Of a stretch of 64,000 bases of DNA, positions 27,198-38,056 are shown piece after piece. The stretch's first letter is position 1. Each line of letters begins with the position of its first letter. The DNA is taken from the NCBI GenBank assembly GCA_963662405.2, contig CAXXKT010000002.1, forward strand, positions 32,001-96,000, written 5' to 3'. This DNA comes from Syntrophales bacterium (GTDB taxonomy: Bacteria; Desulfobacterota; Syntrophia; Syntrophales; UBA2210). A model generated the notes under the pieces. The model saw only the letters and a list, made by a program, of their open reading frames with translations. It had not been told where the DNA came from and made no database searches. The translations under genes were made by a program, and so were the position numbers.

Positions 27198-28420
27198 AAT
27201 ATTTGATTCTACTGGGCGATGGGATGGCTGACTGGCCGCTTCCCGAATTGCAGGGGAAAACTCCCCTGCAGGCGGCCCACACTCCCAATATGGACCGGAT
27301 AGCAGCCGAAGGGACGCTGGGGCTGATCGACACGATTCCCCCCGGATTCACCCCCGGGAGTGACGTGGCGAATCTTTCCGTTTTGGGATACGATCCGAAA
27401 GTATATCATACCGGGCGCGGCCCCCTCGAGGCGGTGAGCACGGGGATTACCTTGGCCTCTGACGATGTCGCATTCCGCTGCAATCTTGTAACATTCGGCA
27501 CTAAAGAGGAACTCGTCATGGAGGACTTTACTGCCGGCCATATATCGTCCGAGGAGGCCGGGTGGATCGTAGAGAATCTCGATGCCGAACTTAGGTCTCA
27601 TGATATCCGGTTTTATCCCGGTGTCGGGTATCGTCACCTGATGATATACCGAGGCGGTCCCACGACACTGGAGACGACCCCCCCTCATGACATCACCGAC
27701 CAACCGATCGCCGGCCACCTGCCGAAGGGAGAGGGTTCTTATGAGATCAGGCGGCTCATGGAACGCTCGCGCACTATATTGCAGGATCATCCCGTGAACC
27801 TTCAGCGCGCAGCGCAAGGCAAAAGAACAGCCGATTCCATTTGGTTATGGGGTGAGGGGAGGGCGCCCGCAATGAACCCCCTCACCACCCGCTACGGGAT
27901 TAAAGGGGGGATCATTTCGGCCGTCGATCTTCTGAGGGGGATCGGGATCTGCGCCGGGCTTGAGGTTCTCCATGTCGAGGGCGCGACCGGCTACATCGAC
28001 ACTAATTATCGGGGAAAAGCGGAGAAAGCGCTTGAATTCCTGAGGGGTGCTGATTTCGTTTTTCTCCATGTCGAGGCCCCCGACGAGATGGGGCATGAGG
28101 GGAACATAGAGGGGAAAATCAAGGCCATCGAGGATTTTGACCGTGAGGTTGTCGGAAGGATTTTGACCGGGCTCCCCTCGCTCGGGGATTTCAGGGTGCT
28201 TGTCCTGAGTGACCACCCCACCCCGATAGAGCTGAAAACCCATTCGTCGGACCCCAGCCCTTTCGCTGTTCTCTCCTCCGTCGATGAGGAAAATATCGGG
28301 GAGGGAAAAGCGTACGGCGAGATATCCGCCGATGATGCCGGGATATTCATTTCTCCCGGCTATTTGCTGATGGATCGCTTTATGAAGGATTGGAGAGGAT
28401 TCATTGGAAAAAAAGGGTGA
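27194..28420 (+). CDS. apgM: Cofactor-independent phosphoglycerate mutase, ApgM type
   Basis: LGDGMAD, PGSDVAN, GRGPLEA, HVEAPDEMGH, SDHPTP; ATGA overlap with hom. Confidence 0.9.
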   Translation: MKYLILLGDGMADWPLPELQGKTPLQAAHTPNMDRIAAEGTLGLIDTIPPGFTPGSDVANLSVLGYDPKVYHTGRGPLEAVSTGITLASDDVAFRCNLVTFGTKEELVMEDFTAGHISSEEAGWIVENLDAELRSHDIRFYPGVGYRHLMIYRGGPTTLETTPPHDITDQPIAGHLPKGEGSYEIRRLMERSRTILQDHPVNLQRAAQGKRTADSIWLWGEGRAPAMNPLTTRYGIKGGIISAVDLLRGIGICAGLEVLHVEGATGYIDTNYRGKAEKALEFLRGADFVFLHVEAPDEMGHEGNIEGKIKAIEDFDREVVGRILTGLPSLGDFRVLVLSDHPTPIELKTHSSDPSPFAVLSSVDEENIGEGKAYGEISADDAGIFISPGYLLMDRFMKDWRGFIGKKG

Positions 28421-28811
28421 GTGCCGGATCAGGGTCATTTACGGCGACACGGATGCGATGGGTATTGTTTACTATGCAAATTATCTGAAATGGTTTGAGA
28501 TAGGCCGCAATGAGTTGATGCGTGACATGGGCATTGCCTACGCCGATCTTGAGCAATCCGGTTATAGCATGCCGGTAATCGAGCTGGGGTGCGAGTATCT
28601 TTCCCCCGCGCGGTATGATGATGTCTTGATGATTGAAACGATGATGACCAATCTCAGACGGGCAAGCGTTCGATTCGATTATGTGATATATAGTGAAGGG
28701 AAAGAGCGAATCCTTGCCGAGGGTTTTACCCGCCATCCCTTTATAAACAGTAAGGGAAAGATCGTGAGGGTCCCGAAGCATATAGCGGACATAATAAACG
28801 GAGAAGAATAG
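28404..28811 (+). CDS. YbgC/FadM-family acyl-CoA thioesterase
   Basis: RVIYGDTDAMGIVYYANYLKWFEIGR. Confidence 0.92.
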   Translation: MEKKGECRIRVIYGDTDAMGIVYYANYLKWFEIGRNELMRDMGIAYADLEQSGYSMPVIELGCEYLSPARYDDVLMIETMMTNLRRASVRFDYVIYSEGKERILAEGFTRHPFINSKGKIVRVPKHIADIINGEE

Positions 28812-28823
28812 AGGAGGCCTTGA

Positions 28824-29528
28824 ATGGCGGATAAGCTGACGAAAAAGGAACTAGAACAACCGGATGAGTTTCACACCATGGGGTGGCGTGCCCTCCAGTA
28901 TCTATCCGAACACCGGGATAGGTTTTACCTGGGTGGGGCGATTATTCTGTTACTCATCATTGCCGTTGGGGGATGGTACTTTTACCGTGTGAATTATGAG
29001 GAGAAGGCACAGAACCTGTATTCGGCTGCGTACGCAACCTACGCGGTGAGCGATCAGTCCCCGGAGACAATGAGGGGTCTCTACCTCAAGGCCATCGGGA
29101 TGTACAACAAACTTCTGGAAACGCATCCGAGCAGCCATGCAGCGAAATTGTGTTACTATACTCTGGGCAATCTTTATTTTAAGGTCGACAACATAGAAAA
29201 ATCCATTGAATCCTACGACATCTTTCTCAAACGGTTCAAAAACGATGATATGCTGATTGCCCTGACCTATCAGGGATTGGGGTACTGCTATGAAGACGAG
29301 AAAGACTACGACAATGCGTTGCGAAACTTTCAAGCGTCAACTGACCGACTCAAGGGAACCCAAATCGAGTATATGAATTATGTCAGTATCGCGCGAGTAT
29401 ACGAGAAGATGGGGAATAATGGGAAATCACTTGAATACTACCGGAGCGCCGCAGGTAAAACGAACAATCCGGTCATGGAGATGCTGATCACAAATAGGAT
29501 CGCATCATTAACTTCTAAAAGCAGTTAA
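28824..29528 (+). CDS. Membrane-anchored TPR protein (YfgM-like)
   Basis: KKELEQPDEF N-terminus, single TM helix, TPR helices. Confidence 0.8.
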   Translation: MADKLTKKELEQPDEFHTMGWRALQYLSEHRDRFYLGGAIILLLIIAVGGWYFYRVNYEEKAQNLYSAAYATYAVSDQSPETMRGLYLKAIGMYNKLLETHPSSHAAKLCYYTLGNLYFKVDNIEKSIESYDIFLKRFKNDDMLIALTYQGLGYCYEDEKDYDNALRNFQASTDRLKGTQIEYMNYVSIARVYEKMGNNGKSLEYYRSAAGKTNNPVMEMLITNRIASLTSKSS

Positions 29529-29552
29529 ATAACATAATGTTAGAAGGGTTAC

Positions 29553-31358
29553 ATGCAACAAATGAAAGCATTAATGTCAGGAAATGAGGCAATAGCACGG
29601 GGGGCGTGCGAGGATGGTGTTACGTTTGCTTCCGCTTACCCCGGAACACCGAGTACCGAGATCATGGAAGCCTTTGCAAAATATGACGGTGTCTATGCGG
29701 AATGGTCGCCCAACGAAAAGGTGGCCCTCGAGGTGGGGATCGGGGCTGCCCTGGGCGGTGCACGCGCCATGGTGGTGATGAAACATGTTGGAGTCAATGT
29801 CGCCGCCGACCCTCTGTTCACAGTGAGCTACACCGGTACGGAGGGCGGGCTTGTTATCATCAGCGCGGATGATCCCTCGATGCACAGCTCACAGAACGAA
29901 CAGGACAACCGAAATTATGCCCGGGCCGCCAAGATTCCGATGCTCGAACCCGCAGACAGCGCCGAGGCAAAGGAGTTCATCAAGATCGCCTTCAAGATAA
30001 GCGGGGAATTTGATACCCCGGTCTTTCTCAGGACGACTACACGGGTCTCCCATTCTAAATCCATCGTAAACCTGGAAGACTCCATCCCTGCAGAAGAGAC
30101 GAGGGGGATACGGCCGAACCCGTCAAAGTATGTGATGGTCCCCGCCAAGGCGCGGGAGCGAAGGGTCGAAGTGGAAAAAAAGATGGAGCGACTCCGGGCA
30201 TTTGCCGAGACCTTCCCTGAAAACCGGATGGAGATCAATGATACGAGCGTGGGTGTCATCACTGCCGGGATGCCGTACAACTATACAAAAGATGTCTTCC
30301 CCGGCTATTCATACCTCAAGTTGGGAATGGTATACCCTCTTCCTGAGGATCTGATACGGGAATTCGCCTCGAAGGTGGAAAAGATTTACGTCGTCGAGGA
30401 ACTTGATCCCTTCATCGAGGAGCAGGTGCGGGCGATGGGAATCGAGGTGACCGGGAAAGAAGCCTTTCCCTATACGGGCGAGTTTGACCCCGGTGTTGTG
30501 GAGGCGGGGATTACCGGAAAAGAGGCAGTGACGGTAAATCTTCCCGACCGTTTTCTCCCGCAGCGGCCGCCCAATCTGTGCCCAGGTTGCCCCCATCGCG
30601 GACTGTTCTATGTTCTTGGAAAAATGAAGGTGTTCGTTACCGGCGACATCGGCTGTTATACCCTCTCGTTCATGAAGCCCCTTGAGGGGCTTGACTCCTG
30701 TATCTGTATGGGTGCCAGCGTGGGGATGGCCCACGGGATGGACAAGGCCCTGCCCGAGCCGGGGAAGGTCGTCGGAGTGATCGGTGATTCCACCTTCATC
30801 CATTCGGGGATTACGCCGCTCCTCAACATGGCGTACAATAAAAGTAATGCCGTCATTGTGATATGCGACAACCGAACGACCGCCATGACCGGGATGCAGG
30901 AACACCCCGGGACCGGCATCACTCTTCAGAGAGAAGCGACGAAGACGCTTGATTTGTTTGAGCTCGGGAAGGTACTTGGAATCGACAATGTGCGGATACT
31001 CAATCCTTTTGATATGAAAGAAACAAGACAAGCGATTAAAGAAGAACTTTCCACAAACGGTCCCTCGCTGGTGATAGCGCGGGCGCCCTGCGCCCTTCTC
31101 GCCATTAAGCAGAAGGTGATGAGGAAGCCATCCCTGCGGGTAGATCCGGACAAGTGTACCGGCTGTAAGGCCTGTCTCGGTCTGGGTTGTCCACCGATTT
31201 CATGGCGTAATTTCGAGGATTTGGAAATGAAGATAGAAAAGAAGACAAAGAAACAGGAAGGAATCGCCCTGATCGATTCGGCCACCTGCGACGGATGTAC
31301 CCTGTGCATGCAACTGTGCAGCGCGGGAGCTATCGAGGAGGTTGCGAACAATGAGTAA
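29553..31358 (+). CDS. iorA: Indolepyruvate:ferredoxin oxidoreductase alpha subunit
   Basis: SGNEAIARG, YPGTPSTEI, NEKVALE, MKHVGVNVAAD, CPGCPHR, GDIGCY, C-terminal ferredoxin. Confidence 0.96.
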   Translation: MQQMKALMSGNEAIARGACEDGVTFASAYPGTPSTEIMEAFAKYDGVYAEWSPNEKVALEVGIGAALGGARAMVVMKHVGVNVAADPLFTVSYTGTEGGLVIISADDPSMHSSQNEQDNRNYARAAKIPMLEPADSAEAKEFIKIAFKISGEFDTPVFLRTTTRVSHSKSIVNLEDSIPAEETRGIRPNPSKYVMVPAKARERRVEVEKKMERLRAFAETFPENRMEINDTSVGVITAGMPYNYTKDVFPGYSYLKLGMVYPLPEDLIREFASKVEKIYVVEELDPFIEEQVRAMGIEVTGKEAFPYTGEFDPGVVEAGITGKEAVTVNLPDRFLPQRPPNLCPGCPHRGLFYVLGKMKVFVTGDIGCYTLSFMKPLEGLDSCICMGASVGMAHGMDKALPEPGKVVGVIGDSTFIHSGITPLLNMAYNKSNAVIVICDNRTTAMTGMQEHPGTGITLQREATKTLDLFELGKVLGIDNVRILNPFDMKETRQAIKEELSTNGPSLVIARAPCALLAIKQKVMRKPSLRVDPDKCTGCKACLGLGCPPISWRNFEDLEMKIEKKTKKQEGIALIDSATCDGCTLCMQLCSAGAIEEVANNE

Positions 31359-31932
31359 TACCTCTGTGCAAAGTGTCTTGATGGTGGGCGTGGGTGGTCA
31401 AGGAATCATACGAGCCAGTGATATCCTTTCAGCGGTCCTGATGAAAGCGGGGTTTGACGTCAAAAAGAGCGAAGTCCACGGGATGGCCCAGAGGGGAGGG
31501 TGTGTGAGCAGCCATATTCGGTTCGGATCGAAGGTATATTCCCCTCTCGCTAAAAAAGGAGACGCCGATCTCCTGGTTTCTTTTGAAAAACTGGAGACCC
31601 TCCGGTATCTCGACTATTTGAAGGCCGACGGGAAGGTCGTCATCAACGACGAAGAAATCTACCCCCCGTCCGTCAATCTCGGGGAAGAGCCATATCCCGA
31701 TGATGTCATCACCTTCATAAAACAGTATTTTAGTGACGTTAAGGTGGTTGATGCCACCGATATGGCGTTTCGTTCAGGTGATCGCCGGATGGCAAACACG
31801 GTTATCCTGGGCGTCCTCTCCTCGCACCTGGATGTAAACGATGGTGTGTGGGAAGGTGTGTTGGAAGAGAGCTTCCCCGCAAAGATCCTTGAGGGGAACA
31901 AGGCAGCCTTCACATTGGGGAGAGGTGTATAA
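31351..31932 (+). CDS. iorB: Indolepyruvate:ferredoxin oxidoreductase beta subunit
   Basis: GVGGQG, SEVHGMAQRGG. Confidence 0.95.
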   Translation: MSNTSVQSVLMVGVGGQGIIRASDILSAVLMKAGFDVKKSEVHGMAQRGGCVSSHIRFGSKVYSPLAKKGDADLLVSFEKLETLRYLDYLKADGKVVINDEEIYPPSVNLGEEPYPDDVITFIKQYFSDVKVVDATDMAFRSGDRRMANTVILGVLSSHLDVNDGVWEGVLEESFPAKILEGNKAAFTLGRGV

Positions 31933-31938
31933 GAAAAG

Positions 31939-32874
31939 ATGCGATTGACCGTTGTCAGGCTTGCAGTTCTCCTTCTGGTGATTTTTGTAATATATCCCGG
32001 CGAGGTGCGAGGAGGAGGAGGAGAAGACCAGGGTGACTGCGAACGGCAGTTTACCTTCGCGGAGAGCCTCTTCAACGAAGCCGATTATTTTCGGGCGATT
32101 GGAGAATACAAGCGATTCATATTTCTCTGCCCAGGCTCAACGCAGCTCTGTGAAAAGGCATATTTCAAGATTGGTCTGAGTTATTTCAGGGCAAATCAAT
32201 GGCAGGGGGCACGGGAGGCGTTCGGTACCTTTCTGATCACGTTCCCTGACAGCATACAGAAGCCGGATGCACTCTATTTGAAAGGAATGAGCGAGAAGCA
32301 TCTTTCGCTCCATCACGAGGCCATTGCCACCTTTGCTCGGCTCATAGAGACAGACAGGAACGAATATCAAGCGAAAGCGATATATCAAAGTGCGCTGATC
32401 TTCGTCGATCGTGAAGAATGGAAAAGGGCAGGGGAGATGTTTGCCCGTATCCCCGAGGGGAACAGCCTGTACGATTCCGCCCGGGTCTTTTCAGCAGGCA
32501 TTGACCGAATTGACAATCTCCCCTCCAAATCACTCCCTCTCGCCGGAACGCTTGCCGCCGTCCTTCCCGGTGCCGGGCACCTGTATACAGAGAGACCGAA
32601 AGATGCCCTTGTTGCCTTTCTCCTGAACGGTTTTTTCATATGGAGCGCCATCGAGCTATTCAAAGATGACAAATATGTCACCGGCGGGATCGTGTCGTTC
32701 TTCGAATTCGGGTGGTATACCGGCAACATTTACAGTGCCATCGGCAGCGCACACAAATTCAACAAAAGGACAAGAGAGGATTTTATCAACGGACTGAAAA
32801 CCCGGGTCACCGTCTCGTATCTCCATGGTTCAGACCGTGCGTATAACGGTCTTATGTTGAGCATGAGTTTTTAA
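31939..32874 (+). CDS. Exported TPR protein with C-terminal hydrophobic segment
   Basis: Signal peptide, TPR helices, LAAVLPGAGHLY motif, C-terminal Phe. Confidence 0.75.
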   Translation: MRLTVVRLAVLLLVIFVIYPGEVRGGGGEDQGDCERQFTFAESLFNEADYFRAIGEYKRFIFLCPGSTQLCEKAYFKIGLSYFRANQWQGAREAFGTFLITFPDSIQKPDALYLKGMSEKHLSLHHEAIATFARLIETDRNEYQAKAIYQSALIFVDREEWKRAGEMFARIPEGNSLYDSARVFSAGIDRIDNLPSKSLPLAGTLAAVLPGAGHLYTERPKDALVAFLLNGFFIWSAIELFKDDKYVTGGIVSFFEFGWYTGNIYSAIGSAHKFNKRTREDFINGLKTRVTVSYLHGSDRAYNGLMLSMSF

Positions 32875-32881
32875 CCTTAAA

Positions 32882-33331
32882 ATGTCGAACCATAAAATTT
32901 ATATTTTACTTGTTCTGGTGTGGATCATCCTACCGGCCACCGCCGGATGGTCGCGTTCAAGTGCTTTTACCCCCTGGAGATTCAGTGATCGGGCTGCCGA
33001 TCAGGTCCATGCATCATCCCCGGGAGACAAGAGAGCCCCTTCTTTACCTGCGCGATTGGCACTCTCAGGACTGCGAGTCTTCTCCGAATGCATATCCAGG
33101 GTGGATGGGGATCGCTGTCCCATGTATCCGACCTGTGCCTCCTATAGCCGCCAGGCTTTTAAGAAGCACGGTTTTTTTATTGGGTTTGCGATGACCGCCG
33201 ATAGGTTGATACATGAATCAAGCGAGGTAGACTATGCCCCCCGCGTACGAGTGTATGGGCGAATGCGATACTACGATCCGGTCAGTTGGAATGATTCTTG
33301 GTGGTATCATCCCGAGGGTCTTGACAAATAG
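32882..33331 (+). CDS. yidD: YidD-family (membrane protein insertion efficiency factor) protein
   Basis: ISRVDGDRCPMYPTCASYSRQAFKKHG..DRL. Confidence 0.75.
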   Translation: MSNHKIYILLVLVWIILPATAGWSRSSAFTPWRFSDRAADQVHASSPGDKRAPSLPARLALSGLRVFSECISRVDGDRCPMYPTCASYSRQAFKKHGFFIGFAMTADRLIHESSEVDYAPRVRVYGRMRYYDPVSWNDSWWYHPEGLDK

Positions 33332-33357
33332 CAGGGAAGTAATAGATTAGAGGCATT

Positions 33358-34290
33358 ATGGCGGAAGACTATTATCAGATACTCGGTATCGACAAGAAGG
33401 CATCGCAAGACGATATAAAGAAGGCATACCGTAAACTTGCGCTCGAATACCACCCCGATAGAAATCAGGGGAATGCATCAGCCGAAGAGCGATTCAAAAA
33501 GATCAGCGAGGCATACGCCGTCCTGGGTGATGTGGAGAAACGGAAACAGTACGACAGCTTCGGGTCCCAGGAGGCATTCAATCGAAGTTTTTCCCAGGAG
33601 GATATATTCAGAGGGTTCGATCTCAACGACATACTGAGAGACCTCGGTGGGTTTGGTAGTGCGGGCAGGATGCGGGGACAAAACCGTGGCTATGGAACGG
33701 ACGATCTTTTTTCACAACTTTTCCGGGGACAACAACAGCAGTATCGACAGCAACCGGTCCCCCGAAAGGGCCAGGACCTTGAGTACAACCTCTCCATCAG
33801 TATCGAAGATGCCTATTCCGGATCGGAGAAACGAATCACATTCAAGAAGGATGATGGCGGCTTGACCGAAATGACCGTGAAGGTTCCGAAGGGTATCGAT
33901 ACCGGTAAAAAAATGAGACTTGCCGGAAAAGGACTTCCCGGCTCAGGCGGTGGTCCTCCCGGCGATATGTTCATTAACGTCAAGATCGCCCCTCATCAGT
34001 TCTTCACACGGGAGGGGGATGACATTTTTATCCACAAGTCTATCACCTTTCCTCAGGCCGCCCTGGGTACCTCCGTCGACATCCGGATGCCGGATGGTGA
34101 AACAAAGCGGATCAAGGTGCCGCCGGGGACGCAGGCAAACACCAAGATCAGAATGAAGGGCTTCGGCTTTCCCAAGTTCAGGGGGACCGGCAGAGGAGAC
34201 GGTTATGTGCGTTTTTCTATCGAGGTGCCCAAAAAACTAACCAAAAAGCAATCTCAATTGATTAAAGCCCTTGTTGAAGAAGGACTCTAA
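33358..34290 (+). CDS. DnaJ-class co-chaperone without zinc finger (CbpA-like)
   Basis: DYYQILG, HPD motif, G/F-rich linker, C-terminal DnaJ domain. Confidence 0.93.
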   Translation: MAEDYYQILGIDKKASQDDIKKAYRKLALEYHPDRNQGNASAEERFKKISEAYAVLGDVEKRKQYDSFGSQEAFNRSFSQEDIFRGFDLNDILRDLGGFGSAGRMRGQNRGYGTDDLFSQLFRGQQQQYRQQPVPRKGQDLEYNLSISIEDAYSGSEKRITFKKDDGGLTEMTVKVPKGIDTGKKMRLAGKGLPGSGGGPPGDMFINVKIAPHQFFTREGDDIFIHKSITFPQAALGTSVDIRMPDGETKRIKVPPGTQANTKIRMKGFGFPKFRGTGRGDGYVRFSIEVPKKLTKKQSQLIKALVEEGL

Positions 34291-34389
34291 TCACTTTTAC
34301 GTTCCGTATTAACACGACCTCGATGCGGATACAGTATCCCTCCGGGTCTTCTGTTAAGATCGATTATTTTGCAAGGAAAGAGGACGTGC

Positions 34390-35841
34390 GTGAAAAAGGA
34401 TGGGATAAACGAACTCGATTGCATATTCAAACCACGCTCCATCGCCGTTATCGGGGCATCCGACACCTTTCGGAAGTGGGGAACCCTTATGGTGGAGCGA
34501 CCACTCACAACCGGTTATCACGGTGCTATATATCCCATTAATCCCCACAAGAAACGAATACTGGGGCTTCCCGCCTATCCCCGGGTGGGCGATGTTCCCG
34601 GTAATATCGATCTCGCCGTTATCACCACACCTTCAGCTACTATTCCGAATATCCTGCGCGAGTGCGCTGAGAAGGGTATCAGGGGAGCAGTCATCATTAC
34701 GGCCGGTTTCGCCGAAGTAGGGGAAGAGGGGAGACACCTCGAAGAGGAGATGGTCGCCGCTGCCCGTGAGGGTGGAATCAGGTTTGTGGGTCCGAACGGG
34801 ATGGGGATATGGAGCGCCGCGGCCCACCTCAGCCTGTGCTTTCACCAGGCTCCCAAATCGGGACCCATGGCGTTCGTTTCCCAGAGCGGGACCTTCGGTG
34901 TCGCCATGGCCCGGGTAGCGAATCAGAAAGGACACGGTCTCAGCAAATTCATCAGTATCGGTAACCAGGCGGACCTCGAAGCCGCCGATTACCTCGAATA
35001 TCTGGCCGGTGACGAAGAAACGAAGGTCATCCTACTCTACCTCGAGGGCCTGAAGGATGGGAGGCGTTTCTTTGAGGTCGCAAAGAGGGTGATACGCGAA
35101 AAACCGCTGGTCGTCTATAAGGCAGGACGCTCAAAGGCGGGTGCTCGGGCGACCATGTCACATACCGCGTCGATCGCCGGATCGGAAAAGGTCTTTGACG
35201 GGATGTGCCGACAGGTCGGAATCATCCAGGTTCGGGAGGCCTTTCACCTCTTCGAGGTGGCCGAAGCCCTGGCGCAGCTTCCCCTGCCTTCGGGAAACCG
35301 GGTTGCCATCCTGGGGAGCGGCGGACAGGGGGTCGTGGGGAGCGATGCCTGCTCGGCCTTCGGACTCGAACTCCCCGAACTGGACCCCGATATGGCCCGA
35401 ACGATCACGGCACTTCTCCCCGCCCACGCGCCGCCGGCGACAAACCCCATCGATTTCGCCGGAAGCAGACGGACCGCCATTCAGGAGGCGGAAATTATCG
35501 AAAAACTCCTCAAACTGCATTATATCGACGGCGTTATCAGCAACGTACCCGTCAGCCCGCAGATATGGGATCCTTCACTGGAGATCATTGATATCAAGGG
35601 CGATTCCCTTTCAGAACCCGTCAAGACCGCCGTCGACGGCGCCAGATTGTATGCCTCGCTACCCGAAAAATACGGCAAACCGATCATCTGTCTCCGGTTC
35701 GGCCGCATCGAGAAGGATATCATGGAGGGCATCCTAGGGGAGGGGGGAATACCGGTATACGATACCCCGGAACAGTGCGCCCGCGCGATGTCGGCCCTCT
35801 TTCGATACGGCTCCACCCGTAGAAGAATAAACGGCAGCTAA
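34390..35841 (+). CDS. Acyl-CoA synthetase (ADP-forming) alpha-like CoA-binding protein
   Basis: FKPRSIAVIGAS, GPNGMG, SQSG, GNQADL, SHTASIAG (phospho-His), NPIDF. Confidence 0.9.
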   Translation: MKKDGINELDCIFKPRSIAVIGASDTFRKWGTLMVERPLTTGYHGAIYPINPHKKRILGLPAYPRVGDVPGNIDLAVITTPSATIPNILRECAEKGIRGAVIITAGFAEVGEEGRHLEEEMVAAAREGGIRFVGPNGMGIWSAAAHLSLCFHQAPKSGPMAFVSQSGTFGVAMARVANQKGHGLSKFISIGNQADLEAADYLEYLAGDEETKVILLYLEGLKDGRRFFEVAKRVIREKPLVVYKAGRSKAGARATMSHTASIAGSEKVFDGMCRQVGIIQVREAFHLFEVAEALAQLPLPSGNRVAILGSGGQGVVGSDACSAFGLELPELDPDMARTITALLPAHAPPATNPIDFAGSRRTAIQEAEIIEKLLKLHYIDGVISNVPVSPQIWDPSLEIIDIKGDSLSEPVKTAVDGARLYASLPEKYGKPIICLRFGRIEKDIMEGILGEGGIPVYDTPEQCARAMSALFRYGSTRRRINGS

Positions 35842-36049
35842 TCGTACCGATAGAATCTCTTCGATTTCGAAGACGAATTATCATAGCTACCCGTTGAAAG
35901 GTCAAATCAGTTTGACCCGATTGCACCTGGAAGATAAAAATGATATTGGGCAACCCTTTCGGAAGCAATGTCAATTTCTCCGAGTTCAAGTTTTCACGTT
36001 CGCGAGGACGTGGCGTTTATACAAACATACAGAGAGGAGTCGTCAAGGT

Positions 36050-36907
36050 ATGTCATTGAAAAAAGTAGGGGTTATTGGTGCGGGGATGATGGGTGCAGAG
36101 ATCTCTCTTTGCTTTGCCAATGGGGGATACGATGTGGTGATGAGTGATGCTACCAGGGATTTGGCATTGAATGGTAAAACCCGGCAAGAAACGATTCTTG
36201 ATAAGAGCATTAAAAAGGGAAAGATAGATGCTTCTGACAAGGAAGCGATCCTAAGTCGTATTGTTGCAACGGATCAGATTGAAGCGATGGATGATGCCGA
36301 TCTCGTTATCGAGGCGGTGGTAGAGAATTTCGAACTCAAAAAGGGAATTTTTGAAAGGCTTGACGCCGTATGCAAAAAAGAGTGTGTGATAGCGAGTAAC
36401 ACATCGAGTATTCCCATCACTAAACTGGCGACGACTGTAACAAGAGAAAGGGCCGAAAGGTTTCTCGGCATCCACTTTTTTTCTCCGGCCTTTATCATGA
36501 AGCTGGTCGAGATTATCCCCGGCTATCTCTGTCAGAGAGAGGCGGTCGAATGTGCCAAAGCGGCTGCCCAGTCGATCGGCAAAACCCCGGTCGAGGTCAA
36601 GGATGTCGCCGGGTTTGCCGTTAACAGGTTGCTGAATATCTTCTTCATCGAGGCGATAAAGCTTCTGGAGGAAGGGGTGGCAACGGTGGAGGATATTGAC
36701 ACGGCATGCAAGCTGGGTCTGGGTCACCCGGTGGGCCCGTTTGAACTGTTGGATCTGACGGGACTTGATCTGAACTTGAGTGTCCATGAGGTGCTTTTTA
36801 ACGAGTACGGCGAAAGGTTTCGGCCGCGCCCGCTGCTCAGAAAAATGGTTACCTCTGGCTTGTACGGAAGGAAGTCGGGAGAGGGCTTCCACAACTATAA
36901 CAAGTAG
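36050..36907 (+). CDS. hbd: 3-hydroxyacyl(butyryl)-CoA dehydrogenase, copy 1
   Basis: [50 protein letters not shown]. Confidence 0.9.
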   Translation: MSLKKVGVIGAGMMGAEISLCFANGGYDVVMSDATRDLALNGKTRQETILDKSIKKGKIDASDKEAILSRIVATDQIEAMDDADLVIEAVVENFELKKGIFERLDAVCKKECVIASNTSSIPITKLATTVTRERAERFLGIHFFSPAFIMKLVEIIPGYLCQREAVECAKAAAQSIGKTPVEVKDVAGFAVNRLLNIFFIEAIKLLEEGVATVEDIDTACKLGLGHPVGPFELLDLTGLDLNLSVHEVLFNEYGERFRPRPLLRKMVTSGLYGRKSGEGFHNYNK

Positions 36908-37225
36908 GAAAAACGCTTTCGATCGTGCTTGGTCTTCTGGAATATAACCGGATGAAATTAATCAGATTTACCTGCAGGGGAGGGCACCACTCTCTCCTGC
37001 AGGGGGTAACCCTTTGAAAAGGCGAGCGTACCACCCCCTCATTCTCTGCAAGTTTTGTTTTCCCACGGAAAGACTCGATTCATTATACAAATTCAATCGA
37101 AATATCGGGGAACTCTTTTCAAATTCACGCTTCAGATCTCTCATGAGTGATGACGTGAGAGGTGGTCCGGTTTCTTTGGACAGGTAACAGGGATTTATAA
37201 GTGGGAAGTTGCCCTGGGTTTGTGT

Positions 37226-38056
37226 TCATGCCGCAGCCTGTCCCTGTGGTAGTGATTCAAAATAAACCATAGCCGGTGTCTTTCTGTCAAAAGTATTGTG
37301 CCACCGTTTCTCGTTGTAGAACTGAAAATAGTCGGTAAGCCCCTTCTTCAACTCTTTCATTGAACCGTATGCCTTCAGATAGATATCTTCGTACTTGACG
37401 CTCTTCCAGAGCCGTTCGATGAAGACATTGTCCATCCATCGCCCCTGACCGTCCATGCTGATAGAGATATCATGAGAGCGAAGGACATCGATGAATGCCT
37501 GTGAGGTAAACTGACTGCCCTGATCGGTATTGAAGATAGCCGGGCGCCCATACGTGGTGAGTGCTTCTTCAAGCGCATCCACACAAAACGCACTGTCCAA
37601 CGTATTCGACAACCGCCAGGAGAGGACCATCCGACTCGCCCAGTCCATAACGGCTACCAGATAACAGAACCCTCGTTCCATGGGAATATACGTGATATCG
37701 GCAGACCATACGTGGTTGGGACGGATGATATCAAGTCCCCGTAACAGATACGGATATATCGGGTGCTGGGGATGCTTTATCGATAATCTCGGCTTGATGT
37801 ACAACGCCTCGATCCCCATGCGACGCATCAACCGACGTACCTTATCACGTCCGATATCATACCCTCTCTGCCACAGCTCATTGCGAATCTTCCGACTCCC
37901 ATAGAAGGGATACTGAAGATGAATCTCATCAATCTGACGCATCAGCTCCAGATCCTTCGCGCTGACCGGAACCGGAGAGTAATAAACACTCGATCGGGAC
38001 AGCTCCAAGAGTTCGCATTGACGGGTTATGGGCACACTCTTTTCTCTCTTGATCAT
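37226..38056 (-). CDS. IS3 OrfB DDE transposase
   Basis: WSADITYIP, AVMDWASR, FNTDQGSQFTS, DNVFIERLWKSVKYE. Confidence 0.95.
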   Translation of the reverse strand: MIKREKSVPITRQCELLELSRSSVYYSPVPVSAKDLELMRQIDEIHLQYPFYGSRKIRNELWQRGYDIGRDKVRRLMRRMGIEALYIKPRLSIKHPQHPIYPYLLRGLDIIRPNHVWSADITYIPMERGFCYLVAVMDWASRMVLSWRLSNTLDSAFCVDALEEALTTYGRPAIFNTDQGSQFTSQAFIDVLRSHDISISMDGQGRWMDNVFIERLWKSVKYEDIYLKAYGSMKELKKGLTDYFQFYNEKRWHNTFDRKTPAMVYFESLPQGQAAA

